Assembly (NCBI GenBank): GCA_001599295.1
Contig: BCGN01000001.1
Location: 1,922,001-1,986,000 of the forward strand
DNA length: 64,000 nt
Direction: 5' to 3'
Source of the DNA: Sporopachydermia quercuum
Taxonomy: Eukaryota
Shown here: positions 23,372 through 35,862 of the stretch, piece by piece
Numbering within the stretch: the first letter of the stretch is position 1
How the letters are laid out: each line of letters opens with the position of its first letter
Notes under the pieces: generated by a model
What the model was told of the DNA's origin: nothing
Database searches by the model: none
What the model saw: only the letters and a program-made list of their open reading frames with translations
Translations under genes and position numbers: made by a program

Positions 23372-24415
23372 TATGGATATAAATTTATCTGCTCTCCGAA
23401 ATGCTGATGTATTATGCGTATTCAATATGCAAATATGAGGACGGAGATAAAGATAAGGGCAGATAGCTCAATGTGAAAGCAGATGTAAGGTGAAATGCAA
23501 CTACCTAGAGAGCCAAATTTGCCTGTGCTGCAGAATATAAGCTCTAATGGTAAAGATGAAGTTTTATTAATATTAGAGCAATAAGATGAAGTAATTAACA
23601 AGGTGGCATCGTATGGTAAAAACTGATAGGTAGATGCATAGAAATTACTTCAGAGGAATTCTTTCTCTTAGATTTGTTAATTTCTGATGGAAGAAAATCT
23701 AGAGAATCTCCGATCGGAAATGGTAGTGCTAGTGATTTGATATAATCTCCGGAATTTAGAGACTAACGATAGTATAAAGTTGAATAGATATGGGAGTAAT
23801 GAAGTTGCGGAAAATCAAGAATTAGATAAAAGATTTATCCCAGGTATTTAAACGATAAATGATATATATTAAAATGAGATTTGATTGTTAAACTAGAAAT
23901 ACTGAGTGAAGCAACATTTTGGGGCATAAATCAAGAATCAAACACTCAAGAATCACCGCTGACTTACCTGGGCTAATGGACGGAGAACTTAGATGATATT
24001 CTCCGAGAACAGTTTTAAAATATACAGTAAGATTACCATTTGATAACGAAAAGAGAAACTATAGGACATATAATCCAAGAGAATTCTCTGTAGATCAATT
24101 AAACAAAAAAAATCATATGATGAAGTATGATTCAGTCACTATAAGAGAATAGCTTTGATTTTGATTCAATAATAATAATAATAAACTGAACGCTTAACAT
24201 GAATCCTGTCAAACTGGTTGTCAAACCCATGTACCAGACAAGCGGTAAGAAACTTCATTTCTTCTCATATGTCCTCTATTGAATGCTTAAATGTAAATTT
24301 ATTGTAGACATATACAATAGAACTATGTAGAATGTGCCATATGAGGAAAATTCATCACGTAATAGAAACAAGTACCTCCATAAGAAACTATTTTGGCACC
24401 CCTTGAGGTATACCA

Positions 24416-25960
24416 TCAACCAGATGTAGTAGCTGCTACATGTGGTTGGTCAATTTTTTCGATTTCAGCCTGGGTTTTCTTACGTTCTTTCTCTACCTTG
24501 GCCAATTCCATATCACATTCATGAGACAAATCGCTGTAACCACCTCCACGAGCTCGCAGTTTAGCTTGCCTCAAGTAGTCAAAAGCCTCATCAATTTTTC
24601 CTGTATGGAGACGAATAACACCCAAACCATAAGTTGCTAATCCTATAGCTTCGTTAATAGTTGCATCTGTGGTTTTATAACTTGCTGGTACTTGCTTACC
24701 AAATTTCAGAACTGCTTCATAGCAAGCTTCTGCACTAGCAAGACATTCTTCTTTATTTTTGGTAAATTCATCTGATGGTTTATCAGCTTTCTTTGCCATG
24801 TATTCTCTTGCTTCAAACTGTTCAGCTTCTAGATATATCAATGAAGCCAAGTTTGCTTGACTCATAAGTAACTCACCCGGGGGAGCTCTTGCCAAAACCA
24901 TCCATACGATAGTAGTTAATTTAGTCCTCACAGCTAATGATATATCGCCAGCACCAACGCACAGAGCAACAAATAAATCTCTTGCATTGAATAACTCATC
25001 TTTGAACGGTTCCCAAGCATCAGAGTTATCGAATGGCATAATATACTCTTTCACCCATGTTTCGGTAGGCTTTTGATTAGCAATCAATGGATTTGACTTC
25101 AAAATTGTATCACCGTCAACACGATCGTTAGACTTGTAATTGTGTGGCTGATCTGGCTGTTGAAGGCCCAAACTGATTGCATCATCGCTATTATCATTCA
25201 ACGACTTAGCTGATGTAGTATGGGTGCTAGGCTTCTCTTCAATAAGAGTTATTGGTAATCCTTGTCTCCTCCTAACTTCTCTTTCAGCTTCCACAAGGTA
25301 GGGAACTAATATAGCCTTTCCAATACTTGGAACAAGCTCACGCATACTAATCATTTTGAGAGCTACTCTTAATCCTCGTTGGACATATCTTGGTCTATTC
25401 GATGGATCTGCTTCTTTGTCGTTCAGCAATGAGAGATATAATAACCATAATTCACCATAAATACTTTCTGCTTCGCTGATCATGTCTAGTTTTTCATACA
25501 TTTCTGCTATTTTCAGTTGAATACCAGTATATTCATCGCTAGACTTATCCATACCTAACTCATCGGCTTTCTCTAAAGCTAAAATATATTGCTTCAATGC
25601 TTCTGAAGGATTTGGATTACGAACAACCTTGCCATCTTTACTTTCAGCTCTTCCCATCTCTTCCCATAATCCCTGACGTAGAATGCTTGCAACAGGCCTC
25701 GGAAATGTATGTCTATTGAAAAACCAAACAACAGCTAACGTGCCTGTTGCAAGGATACCTAGAAAAATGTATTTTCCTCTTGATGGCTTCTTTTGAGGAG
25801 ACCCACCATATTTCTGTGTGTTATAGAAACCTCCAGAGTTGTTGAAGGATAGATGTCTTTTTGTGATACTGCTAGAAACAAGTTTTTGTTTCCCAGTTTC
25901 TACTGATACCTTCTTGGCACTTTTCAGCAAATGATTAACTACACAATTCACTCGTAACAT
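24416..25960 (-). CDS. MGR3: Mitochondrial i-AAA protease adaptor Mgr3 (TPR-like)
   Basis: Presequence plus TM, then EALKQYILAL..SSDEYTGIQLKIAEMYEKLDMISEAESIY, resembling Mgr3. Synteny with the SRAP gene and ASC1. Confidence 0.85.
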   Translation of the reverse strand: MLRVNCVVNHLLKSAKKVSVETGKQKLVSSSITKRHLSFNNSGGFYNTQKYGGSPQKKPSRGKYIFLGILATGTLAVVWFFNRHTFPRPVASILRQGLWEEMGRAESKDGKVVRNPNPSEALKQYILALEKADELGMDKSSDEYTGIQLKIAEMYEKLDMISEAESIYGELWLLYLSLLNDKEADPSNRPRYVQRGLRVALKMISMRELVPSIGKAILVPYLVEAEREVRRRQGLPITLIEEKPSTHTTSAKSLNDNSDDAISLGLQQPDQPHNYKSNDRVDGDTILKSNPLIANQKPTETWVKEYIMPFDNSDAWEPFKDELFNARDLFVALCVGAGDISLAVRTKLTTIVWMVLARAPPGELLMSQANLASLIYLEAEQFEAREYMAKKADKPSDEFTKNKEECLASAEACYEAVLKFGKQVPASYKTTDATINEAIGLATYGLGVIRLHTGKIDEAFDYLRQAKLRARGGGYSDLSHECDMELAKVEKERKKTQAEIEKIDQPHVAATTSG

Positions 25961-26614
25961 TCTGCCGTTCAACTTTTCAATTTAACACAAATCAAATACA
26001 AAATATATGCAAATATGATGATATATATGTAAGTACAGGTAATAGTGTAATTCAATCAATAGATAAGATGAAGTTTCGAACACTTAGAAATTCTGAACCT
26101 ANTATTAGCTTCTAACATTCAGCTGTGTTCAATTCTTCATAAGAGATAAACAAGAGCAAATTATTTCTGTTACTGGATGCTTCATTCCTGTTCTAAATAA
26201 CATTATAAAATATATATCTATTCATGAGAAATCTTTCTCCAGGATAATTAAATATCAATTGATACATTCGATACTTAGAAAAGAGTATTGTAGCACAAAA
26301 ATGAACCATAATGGAGGATACTGTGGTCATGTGATTGATCCAAGATTTGCCCCTCAGAACCATTTTCACGTGCATATGAAATCATAGAAATGATTAATTT
26401 TTATCAAGCAATTGATTGAAAACTCTTGTGAATCTAAAGCAAAAGGTAAAAAATGTTCTGATCATAGTATTAGAATAAACATTGTTAAGTTATAGTACTT
26501 TGGTGATGGTTCAACTTTTATTATTATTTTACTTTGGCAATTATGAACAAATGTAGACTTTAATAGTAATTGAATTGTCTATCTGATATCTACACAATAC
26601 AATAATAAGAGAAA

Positions 26615-27823
26615 ATGTGTGGAAGATATTCTTTGGCTATAGTAAGTATGGATAAGAAAATGTTCATCACAGTCATGATTTCTATATTTTTTAGGCTATT
26701 TGAAAAAAGAAACTAATGTGTCCCTTCTCAAAAGCCTCCTAGTGAGCTACAAAGTATGATTGAAAACTCTACAGGAAATGTAAGTCATGGAAGAGCAACC
26801 TCCAGGAGAGATAAAAACCAACAGAACAAGGGAACAGGAAATTTATCCTCTGGAGAAAAGGATGAGTCTAGAAATAGTGATGATACACATGAAACGTTTC
26901 ATATAAAGGAGATAATCGATGGTGATAAGTTCAAAACCCGTTACAACTTAGCACCAACTCACTATGGTGCAGTGTTACGACAGGATCAGAATGACGATGC
27001 CTCTGAAAATACAAAGGACGAAAATGTATTACTGCATTATATGAAATGGGGCTTGATTCCTTCATGGACAAAAAAGAATGACAATCTGAACAGCAGCCAT
27101 TATAGAACATTTAATGCTAGAGATGATTCAATCCTTAGTTCTAAGTCAATGTGGAATACCATGAAGAACGGTAAACGCTGCCTTATACCCATTGAAGGCT
27201 ACTACGAGTGGATCAAACCTGAAAGCAAATTGAAAAGCCAACTGAAGCAACCATATTATGTTTCAAGAAAAGATGGCGATTTGATATACCTAGCTGGACT
27301 ATGGGACAAAGTAGTATTTAAGGAGAATAATGAGACTCTCTACACTTATACTGTAGTTACTACATCCGCCCCTAGCTATTTAAAATGGCTACATTTACGT
27401 CAACCTGTAATGTTATTACCTGGCAGCAAAGAATGTGAAGATTGGCTGAATCCCGACATACCAATGAGTGATGATTTGGGAAAGAGATGTTTGAAAGGAT
27501 TTCCTTACAAAGATCAGTTGCAATGGTATCCCGTATCTCGAGATGTGGGAAAAGTTGGGAATGAAGGTGAATACTTAAAAAAGCCAATTGAGCTGGATGA
27601 ATCAAAGGAAAGTAAACGGAACATTGTCAATTATTTTGGAAAGACAAAAGTAAAACATGAAGAAAACAAAAAATCAGACGAACACAGTACAAACTCGAAG
27701 CCCGTTAAACGAGAATATGAAAGCGTTGAAGATAAAGATAAAATAGATAAAAGAGAGAATAATGATATTGCGTCCCGGTTAAGATCACATACCAAAAAAT
27801 CCAAAATAAAGGAGGAAGATTGA
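26615..27823 (+). CDS. HMCES: SRAP/HMCES abasic-site processing protein (YMR114C-like). Exons 26615-26641, 26735-27823
   Basis: Exon 1 MCGRYSLAI carries catalytic Cys2. Intron GTAAGT..AACTAAT..AAG. Motifs RYNLAPT, MKWGLIPSW, FNAR, EGYYEW, KQPYY, WLHLRQPV. Confidence 0.93.
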
Positions 27824-27874
27824 AATCAATACATTTCATTATCATTGAATACTAAACTAAATTACTTAAACATT

Positions 27875-28784
27875 TCAAATTTTTGGATATATAGGCTTCT
27901 TCTTTGATTGGATAGCTTTCAAAGAAGTCGCCATTTCATCCCAAAGAGTGATGGAGTTATAGTCAGCGATTTGATCTAGGCCTTCCTGAATGGTATGATC
28001 TAGGGCATAGTTGATACTAATTTTGGAACCCATCACAGCATATGGTGCGTTTCCAGCAATCTGTTTAGCAATATCTACTGCCTTTGCTACAGCTAGTTCT
28101 TTGTTGTCAGTAACATAACTGACAAAACCATTCTCCAAAGCTTCATCAGCAGTGAAGTTCCTTCCGGTGTATGTTAATTCCTTCAGCCAAGAGATATTCT
28201 TAATGATCTTTGGCATTCTTTGAAGCGTACCCATGTCAGCGGCCAAACCTACTTGAACCTCTTTGATTGACATCAGTGCATCTCGAGAAGCAATTCGAAT
28301 ATCTGTTGCTGTCAGAATATCAATTGCAAGACCAACGGAAACCCCATGTGCTACACCAATTACCGCTGAAAGTCAAAAAAAAGTAGTTAATATATATGAT
28401 TTCAACATATCAAATATGAATACCTAATTGCCAATACTTACGTTTTCTGATGACATGTGGTTGCTTAACAGCATTTTGGAATTCAACTAGAAATTCTCGT
28501 AGATTCATTCTTTTAATTGCTGTTTCTGATCCTCTGTTAATTATGCCCATCGCTTCTTTCAGGTCAAGCCCTGATGAGAAGGCCTTTCCAGATCCCGATA
28601 AGATTATCACCCGAACATTACTATCTTTATTTAGTAGCTCAAAGACTTGATGAAACTCTCTCCAACTAGCTTCTGTGAATGAGTTAAGGGATTTTGGTCG
28701 GTTAATTTCAACATGTGCCACGAATTGCACAGGAAATGCAACTGTATAGTACTTGAAGCCAGAGTATTCTATTACTTCTACCAT
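27875..28784 (-). CDS. Crotonase-family delta3,5-delta2,4-dienoyl-CoA isomerase (ECH1-like) with PTS1-like C-terminus -PKI. Exons 28784-28442, 28365-27875
   Basis: HVEINRPKSLNSF, FSSGLDL, KPVIGVAHG, IKEVQVGLAADMGTLQRMPK. Intron GTAAGT..CAG (28441-28366). Confidence 0.88.
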
Positions 28785-29448
28785 TGTGATAATCTTACTT
28801 CTTTTAACCAAATTTTTGTTATTTATGAACACTTTTAATGAATTCTGTAGCTTCAGCAAATCTATAATTACCAGACTGCAATAATAAAGAAAGCAACACA
28901 GGCCATTCAATGTTCTTCTATTCAATGATCAGAGAAACGATTAATAATTATTCACTATCATTTAAATACTTACAATTCTCATCTTGATTAATAGTTAAGT
29001 TTCACATGTAAACTTTCAATGTGGGGATTCTTGATAGATTTCAGGGGNATTGCACAAGACTTACTGAAGTATCCTCAGGTAAGTCCCGAGGCTACCAAGA
29101 AAATGCAGGTGAAAAGGAAGAGTTAAAGCAAAACATGAGTTAAACATGATGACAGTATGAAGACCAGAATAGGTTCATTAAATGTATGTATAGCTCAATA
29201 GACTGTAAATGCAAATGCATGTATCGATATTACATGAGTTTCGAGTTCAAAATTCCAGTTAATGTTACATATTCAAAGGCTGAAATTATGATTTATCTTC
29301 TTATGTCGTCGGTGTTAACGAAAATGAATAGTAGTACGAATTTATATATTTGAAACGAGGGAAGGAATTTAATAGAGTCATGATTGAACCAGATTCAGAT
29401 TAATTGTATGGATACTCAAAACAGTACTTGATGGTTATCTTTTCTTCT

Positions 29449-30517
29449 TTATTCTAAAGCGTCTATTTTCTCGAACCATTTCCTTGCCATACGTATATTT
29501 GCTAGAACCAAATCGTCGCTGCTTGAGTTCTTGGCCACAACGATCATAATATACATATCACTTGTCACGATATCAATATAAGCTGAAGAAGAAGTACCGT
29601 GTAGTATAAGATTTTGAAATTGAGATCTCATTTTTGAGCAACTCTGTTTATATGTTTTGATGATATTTGAAATCTTTTCAAATCTTTTTGGGTCTAATGA
29701 TGCCACAACATTGTTTTCACTTCCATTATTCGTCGAAGCGTTCATTGAATATAAATTATTATTATTGGCAACGTGCGACATATGCGATATCACTAGGAAA
29801 GTAGTTTTCTCGAACAATATGGCTTCTTCAGCATTGGAAACTTGAGCAAAGTTCTTCAAATGACTTTCAAACTTATCCATATTTGGAATTAGTGAACATA
29901 CTATACTTGACCATGCCTTGTACAGAGATTCATCCCATATAGAAGTTGCGAATCCTGTTATTCTGAAATTATACTGCTCCCCAATCTCACCTAGCTTATT
30001 CATCATGATTGAAAACAACTCATCCCTCTTATCAATCTGAACTAAATCCATCTTATGTAGCAGAACAAAAATCTTAGCATCCGGACTGAATTCCATTAGT
30101 TGTTTCAAACCACGTCTAAACGTTTCTATATCTTTCACAACTTCTTTAGATTCGACGTCAAACACATAGATTAACACTTGCACCATTCGAAATATATGAT
30201 CTCGTTGTACAGTATAATAATTTCCCATGTATATATCTTGTCCCCCACAATCCCAGAGATTTAATGTCATATTTCCCAAAAACCTCAAATGTGAATGTTC
30301 TACATCAATTGTTGCTCCAAGTCTTCGGGTATCAAACGCAGAGTAATTACTGAAAATGATACTTTTCATCGACGACTTCCCTGAACCACTGCGTCCCTTA
30401 AAAATTAGTTAGAGCCAGTTTTAATTAGTTTTTATAACAGTATTGTACCTGATCAACATATGCAATACTTACCATTAATAGAAGCTTCTTTCGGGATGAA
30501 TTATTCGCATACGACAT
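29449..30517 (-). CDS. GTR1: Rag GTPase Gtr1 (RagA/B). Exons 30517-30473, 30396-29449
   Basis: Spliced [66 protein letters not shown]. Confidence 0.97.
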
Positions 30518-33500
30518 TGCTACAAATCAATTATAGGATCAGAAACAAAAACCGAAAACCTCTCCCGTCGAGTGTTTGTTTGGATTGTGAATTAGAACAC
30601 TAATACTAGTAAATATTTCTAAACTCTGAATTATCCTCCTCTAATTATCACAATGAGGTGACAAAAGATTAACTATTAACATTTTGTAACTAACGGTTGG
30701 TTGCTTACTGATAATGATAACTCATTCTGCAATATGATGAGATAATCAATATTGAATCTGAAGCAAAACACCCGAACATCTTACAAAATTTGCCTGAGAT
30801 GAGACCCGATATTCATCCAAGATAGTTCAACTGAGTGGAATAGAATGGAAAGATAGTAGGATTGGAGGAAATTTAAAATAAGAGACATCATTTGATTGAA
30901 CTGCATACTTATTCTCCTTTGTTTCTCATTATCTCAAAATTCTAGTGTTGTTAACTCTTGTTATCTGTCTTATGAGTTACTTAGTCCTTCGCTGAACGAA
31001 TTTCGAGAGACATCACCTTTTCTCCTTTTGAATGCATCTCTATTTGACTCAACTCTCGATTATATGCGGAACCACTTTGAAAGCAATAGATGATTCTCAT
31101 TTGCAGTATTTTGTATTGAGTATAATGCTTATATGCTATCTCAAATCAAGAGTGACTTGATTGATTGGTCATTTATCTGATAAACTTTAATAATTCCATA
31201 GATCTGGTCCGTCAGAGAGATTAACTTTCAGAACCCCTCCAATAAGCTTCAAACTTTAATGTTAATTTATTTCCTAATATGACTGGAAATGGAGTGAAAC
31301 CAGATCGGGAAAATAGAGTTTAATTGTCTTGCTCAATTCAATGAATCTGATTCAGCTTTCACACAGGAAAGCAGGAAGCTGTGGTTACAGTTGATTTTGG
31401 CTTACAAATACATGAATGTTCACTTTAATCAGGTCAAAAGTATGGCTTACGTAAATTCTTATTGATCTTAGGTAATATGCAAAAGGAAGCTCCTTATGAA
31501 AAATTGAAAATATTTTCACCATCATTAGATCATATAATGCAAGTAAATTGGTTTCTTGCGGAGGAAGACTGACCCCATCAAGAAGTGGAACTTTATTATC
31601 CAGCGCTTACCTACTATCTACAGACTTGCTTCCTTTCAAGGTGAGGTTATCATAAAAGAAAAAAAAAGAAAAGAAAGACAAGAAAATTGAAATAAGTCAA
31701 AACACATTCTAAATCAATTTTAAAGATCTATCTTGATATGAAGCTCATCCTGTACATGTTCCATAAACCTAAGTAATTTGAACATACTGTCAACCTTGTC
31801 CTAGTCCCTCAAACTAATGAGGTCGAGGCTCAATGGCTTCGCAATTTAGGTACTGAAGCTTCTGGTAATTCAGCTTCTGGCACCCTAATTGTTTTGGCAG
31901 GCATAAAATCAAATCGAGCATAACAAATGCTTTGGTAGAACTTGTCGACTTCTTGGCTTTTCGGTAAATCATACAGATACTTGGATCTCCCTAGATGTTT
32001 TTGGATCAAGCCTACACGTATTAGTCTCCATCAAAGACTAATAGTCATCAAGACTTCAGTTATTCAGCTTTAAGGATAATGCTAATTCATGCACTTTGGG
32101 AATCAGCCTAGTATTTGGGCTCAATCCCAGAAGGAGAAGAATCTCGATGAATTGGCATAATTTCAGACAGCTCTCTGGGGCTAGATTTTGTACATCCATC
32201 CATACAGATTTTGCTGCTTGAAGAATCTGAAATTAGAGGCCTTCCCTTCTTTTGTTTACTTTACACTACTACATAGCTATGTAGTATTTATGATCTTTCT
32301 GTTCGGTTCCGTCTAAACAATTCATAATCAATAGCAATAACCTAGCAATAGTGATAGGAATAGACTGTCAGCACGAAATTTGGATGAACGTAGAAGCTTC
32401 TTGAAAGATACAAGTTCAGCAATCAATTGAAGAACTTAACTTAAGTTTGCAAGGCTGTAGTGTAGGTATCTATCAATGATAAAGTAAGCATCATTGCAAC
32501 TAATTTCCCCATTTCAAAGCTCATATTTTTTTTTTTGTCTCTTTATAATTTATACATGTTAGATCTATTTGTTATTGAAGAGTGATTTCTAAGAAAGTGG
32601 GTATTCTCCTATCGTTCCAACATACCAGTTTGAATGAATCCTTTCACTTGATACTTGCAGTTCCAGTTGTCTAAACTTCGCTAAACTTTTGTTAGCTGCA
32701 CTTCTTGAGTTAAGCTAGGGCGAATGTCAATTAAACTTCAAACTAAAGTAAGATTCGTATAATTTATTTGGTGACAGTTGTGATATTAATAACTACCTAA
32801 TTCAGTAAAACTCCAAACACGCTTCACTTAAGAACCCCAACTTAAAACCATAAGTTATTAACCTTGTGGATGAGCAATTGAAGCGAGTTAGGAAAAAGAT
32901 GCGAATTACATCTCTAAACATTCTTGTCTATGAGAATTTTTCCAGATTGTTTCCTGCATTTCTGACAATGTAACGCATATAATTGATACAACATACAAAA
33001 ATATAAAGTAATTAAGTTTTATCAATGATGGCCAGAATGAAATACAAGAAGATTTGCACGGGGAAGCAACTATGGAATTATACATATTTTCTGCAATTGT
33101 AGTTCTTCTATAACCCATTTCCTGTTCTCATCACCTTTGTAAACTCTTATTACTAAAAAGGTGAGGAGGATTTCCAATTGTTATCTGCTTTTTTTGGACA
33201 TAAATCTGGTGATTGATCACATTAGTATCAATTTCAGTTACCTCCAATAGCTGGAGTTGCAGCTCAGGACGTACTGAGTTCAGTTAAACTGTTCATACAA
33301 AACCTTGGAACAAATACCAGACTTTCGTATTGAATGTGTAAGAATCAAATAATAAATGGAAATCATTAAGGCAATATCTCAAAAAGACAATAGGTCAGCA
33401 AATCAAATGATTGATTCAACGAGGTTATTGAATTTTCACGATATTTATTAGGTCCCCATTCATGGAACTGACATTGCGCTTATAGTGTCAAACATTTGAT

Positions 33501-34767
33501 AAAATGAGGATACAAAGAAAAGCGCTCAAGCAATTATCGCGTTGTCTTTCAATTATTTCTATGGTAACCATAACCAAACAGCCTACCGACTCTTTCACTC
33601 TATCTCATTGGACATTGTTTTTCACTACCACGTTTCTCCCTCATAAAAGCATCCAGTATAGTCTACCAATTGAGTAGTTGGCATACAGATAAATACATAC
33701 CATGAGTAAATACTGATGTCAGTTTTTCTTCTTCGCTCATTTGTTACCTAAGGAACCAGCATTAAGCATCTTTGGTTTTTCATAGCCACTAATAAAATGT
33801 ATTCAATCCTAATTACGAAAAATTTCTTCAATCTATCATTACTTGTACGCGTCGACTTAGTGCCTTTCGCCAAACTGGAATTAAGTTAACAAGCCACTCA
33901 AATTATATAAATAAAATTTAAGAAGTAACTCATTCAGTCCACGCGATTACCATAAATTCTTTAAGTGGAAGAAACTATTTCAAATACCTTGATTTAAGGT
34001 TAATACGTTCACATAGGTTAATTGTTCCTGACTGAAACTCTAAATTATTTAATTAATCCACATGTAACTACTTGGTACTAATACTAGTAGATTGGTTACC
34101 GTTGATAATCCCTGTTTACGTGCATGTTTTAGTAGTTGCGGCTTTTGTCCATATATTTAAATCCCAAGAATACTTAATTAACTGGTTTATTGGCTTAAAA
34201 TGATAGAAAAGGTTGACCAATTCATTTTAATTAAACCCAGCTATTTGCCTTGTTGTATTTCATTCATATTCTTTTTGACATGAACAAGCCAAAAAAGGAC
34301 GTTTTCCTACAAACTTAAAGTTTTAAAATTGCATCATATTGGTACTTACGATTAAAGTTTGTAAGCTTGTTTCCAAGACCAGTAATCAGGACTAACCTCT
34401 TCCAACCTCATCAAGCAGATCGAGGTTGTTATCACACGGCTAACCACCTTTTTAATGCTCTTCGTTCAAAAATGAAATAAATGTTAAATTTCTTATTGAC
34501 ATTCCACCAGGTTTATAGTTTAAATATGCCTGCCAGCTTCAGTGATGTGCTTTTTGGTTCGACTAGATCTGATTAAGTATATAAACCGTGATAGTTCCTC
34601 AAGTTCTCTCAAGTCTTCTCCTTATTAATAAAATACAAATTCTACCTTTGAATCTATTACTTTTTCAGCAAATTGCCCTCGCTTTAGCTTACATCAAAAC
34701 ATTAACCAACCTAACCAATTCACTTGAATAATTCCATTCGCTACATCACATTTCAGTAGTATTAAAA

Positions 34768-35862
34768 ATGCAAATAAGTAGCTCTATCCTACTTTCAGTT
34801 TTGGCCGCTGTTTTGGTCAATGCCCAAGATGAACTCACAACTACTTCTACCGATACATACTCTTCCGATACTACTGAAACCTCTACCACTACTACTAGTG
34901 ATACTACTTATTTGGATTTAACTACAACCTCTGCGNANACTGTTCTTGAAAATGAGTACAGCTCAGATACTACTGAAACCTCTACCACTACTACTAGTGA
35001 TACTACTTATTTGGATTTAACTACAACCTCTGCGTATACTGTTNTTGAAAACGAGTACAGCTCAGATACCACTGAGACCGCTACCACTACTACTAGTGAT
35101 ACTACATACACCACTGATACTACCTATAGTCTTACAACGACAACTGAAGGGCCTCCAATAACTACTGAAACTTCCACCGAACCTACCACTGGACCTACTA
35201 CAGAGCCTACTACAGGACCTACCACCGAGTCTACTACGGAGCCTACTACTGGACCTACCACTGAACCCACCACAGGACCCACCACAGGACCCACCACAGG
35301 ACCTATTACTAATAGTACTGGCGCAGGCACTGATACTTCCCGAACTAGCGTTCCCACCACAACTGGTACAGGCTCTTCCAGCGGATCTGACACCACTACT
35401 ACGGATTTCACTTACTCTACTGACATCAGAACTGTCACCACCTGTGACGAAGAAGGATGCCACACTTCAGTCGCAACTGCAACTTATGGTCCTACCTACA
35501 CATCTACTTACACTGTTACTTCTTGTGACGATCATAAGTGTGAAGAAACAACTGTGACAACCACCTGGTGCCCTGAAACAACCAAGACTTCTGCTTCTGC
35601 GACTTCTGCTCCTGCTACTCCTACTTACACTTCCACTTACACTGTTACTTCTTGTGATGATCATAAGTGTGAAGAAACAACTGTCACAACTACCTGGTGC
35701 CCTGAAACTAGTGGTAAAACGGAACCACCAAAGCCAACTATCTACACATCTACTGAGAAGACTGAGCCTCTTATTCCTACTTACACTGGCGGTGCTGCTG
35801 ATTCTTATACTAACAAGTACTCTGCTGCTTTCATTGCTGGTGTTTTTGCTATGTTGGTTTAA
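34768..35862 (+). CDS. Thr/Ser-rich GPI-anchored cell wall protein with flocculin type-3-like Cys repeats
   Basis: Signal peptide, Thr-rich repeats, TVTSCDDHKC..TTWCP units, C-terminal YTGGAA plus hydrophobic tail. TATATAAA at about 34578. Confidence 0.9.
   Translation: MQISSSILLSVLAAVLVNAQDELTTTSTDTYSSDTTETSTTTTSDTTYLDLTTTSAXTVLENEYSSDTTETSTTTTSDTTYLDLTTTSAYTVXENEYSSDTTETATTTTSDTTYTTDTTYSLTTTTEGPPITTETSTEPTTGPTTEPTTGPTTESTTEPTTGPTTEPTTGPTTGPTTGPITNSTGAGTDTSRTSVPTTTGTGSSSGSDTTTTDFTYSTDIRTVTTCDEEGCHTSVATATYGPTYTSTYTVTSCDDHKCEETTVTTTWCPETTKTSASATSAPATPTYTSTYTVTSCDDHKCEETTVTTTWCPETSGKTEPPKPTIYTSTEKTEPLIPTYTGGAADSYTNKYSAAFIAGVFAMLV
34858..35109 (+). repeat. 99-nt (33-aa) tandem repeat, about 2.5 copies
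   Basis: YSSDTTETSTTTTSDTTYLDLTTTSAYTVLENE units start at 34858, 34957 and 35056; the first two are nearly identical. Confidence 0.93.
35173..35304 (+). repeat. 12-nt tandem repeat, 11 copies (TTGP/TTEP)
   Basis: ACCACAGGACCC-type units in tandem. Confidence 0.9.
35491..35709 (+). repeat. Two 90-nt Cys-containing repeats (period 129 nt)
   Basis: PTYTSTYTVTSCDDHKCEETTVTTTWCPET is identical at protein level at 35491-35580 and 35620-35709. Confidence 0.9.

Noticed and set aside
23962..24010. ACTTACCTGG followed by a hairpin, resembling the U1 snRNA 5' end
   Set aside because: No U1-70K loop (GATCANGAAG), no U1A loop (ATTGCAC) and no properly placed Sm site.
35062..35664. Antisense ORFs over the wall protein, and similar short ORFs overlapping other genes in the track
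   Set aside because: Shadow frames produced by repeats and codon bias of the real genes.
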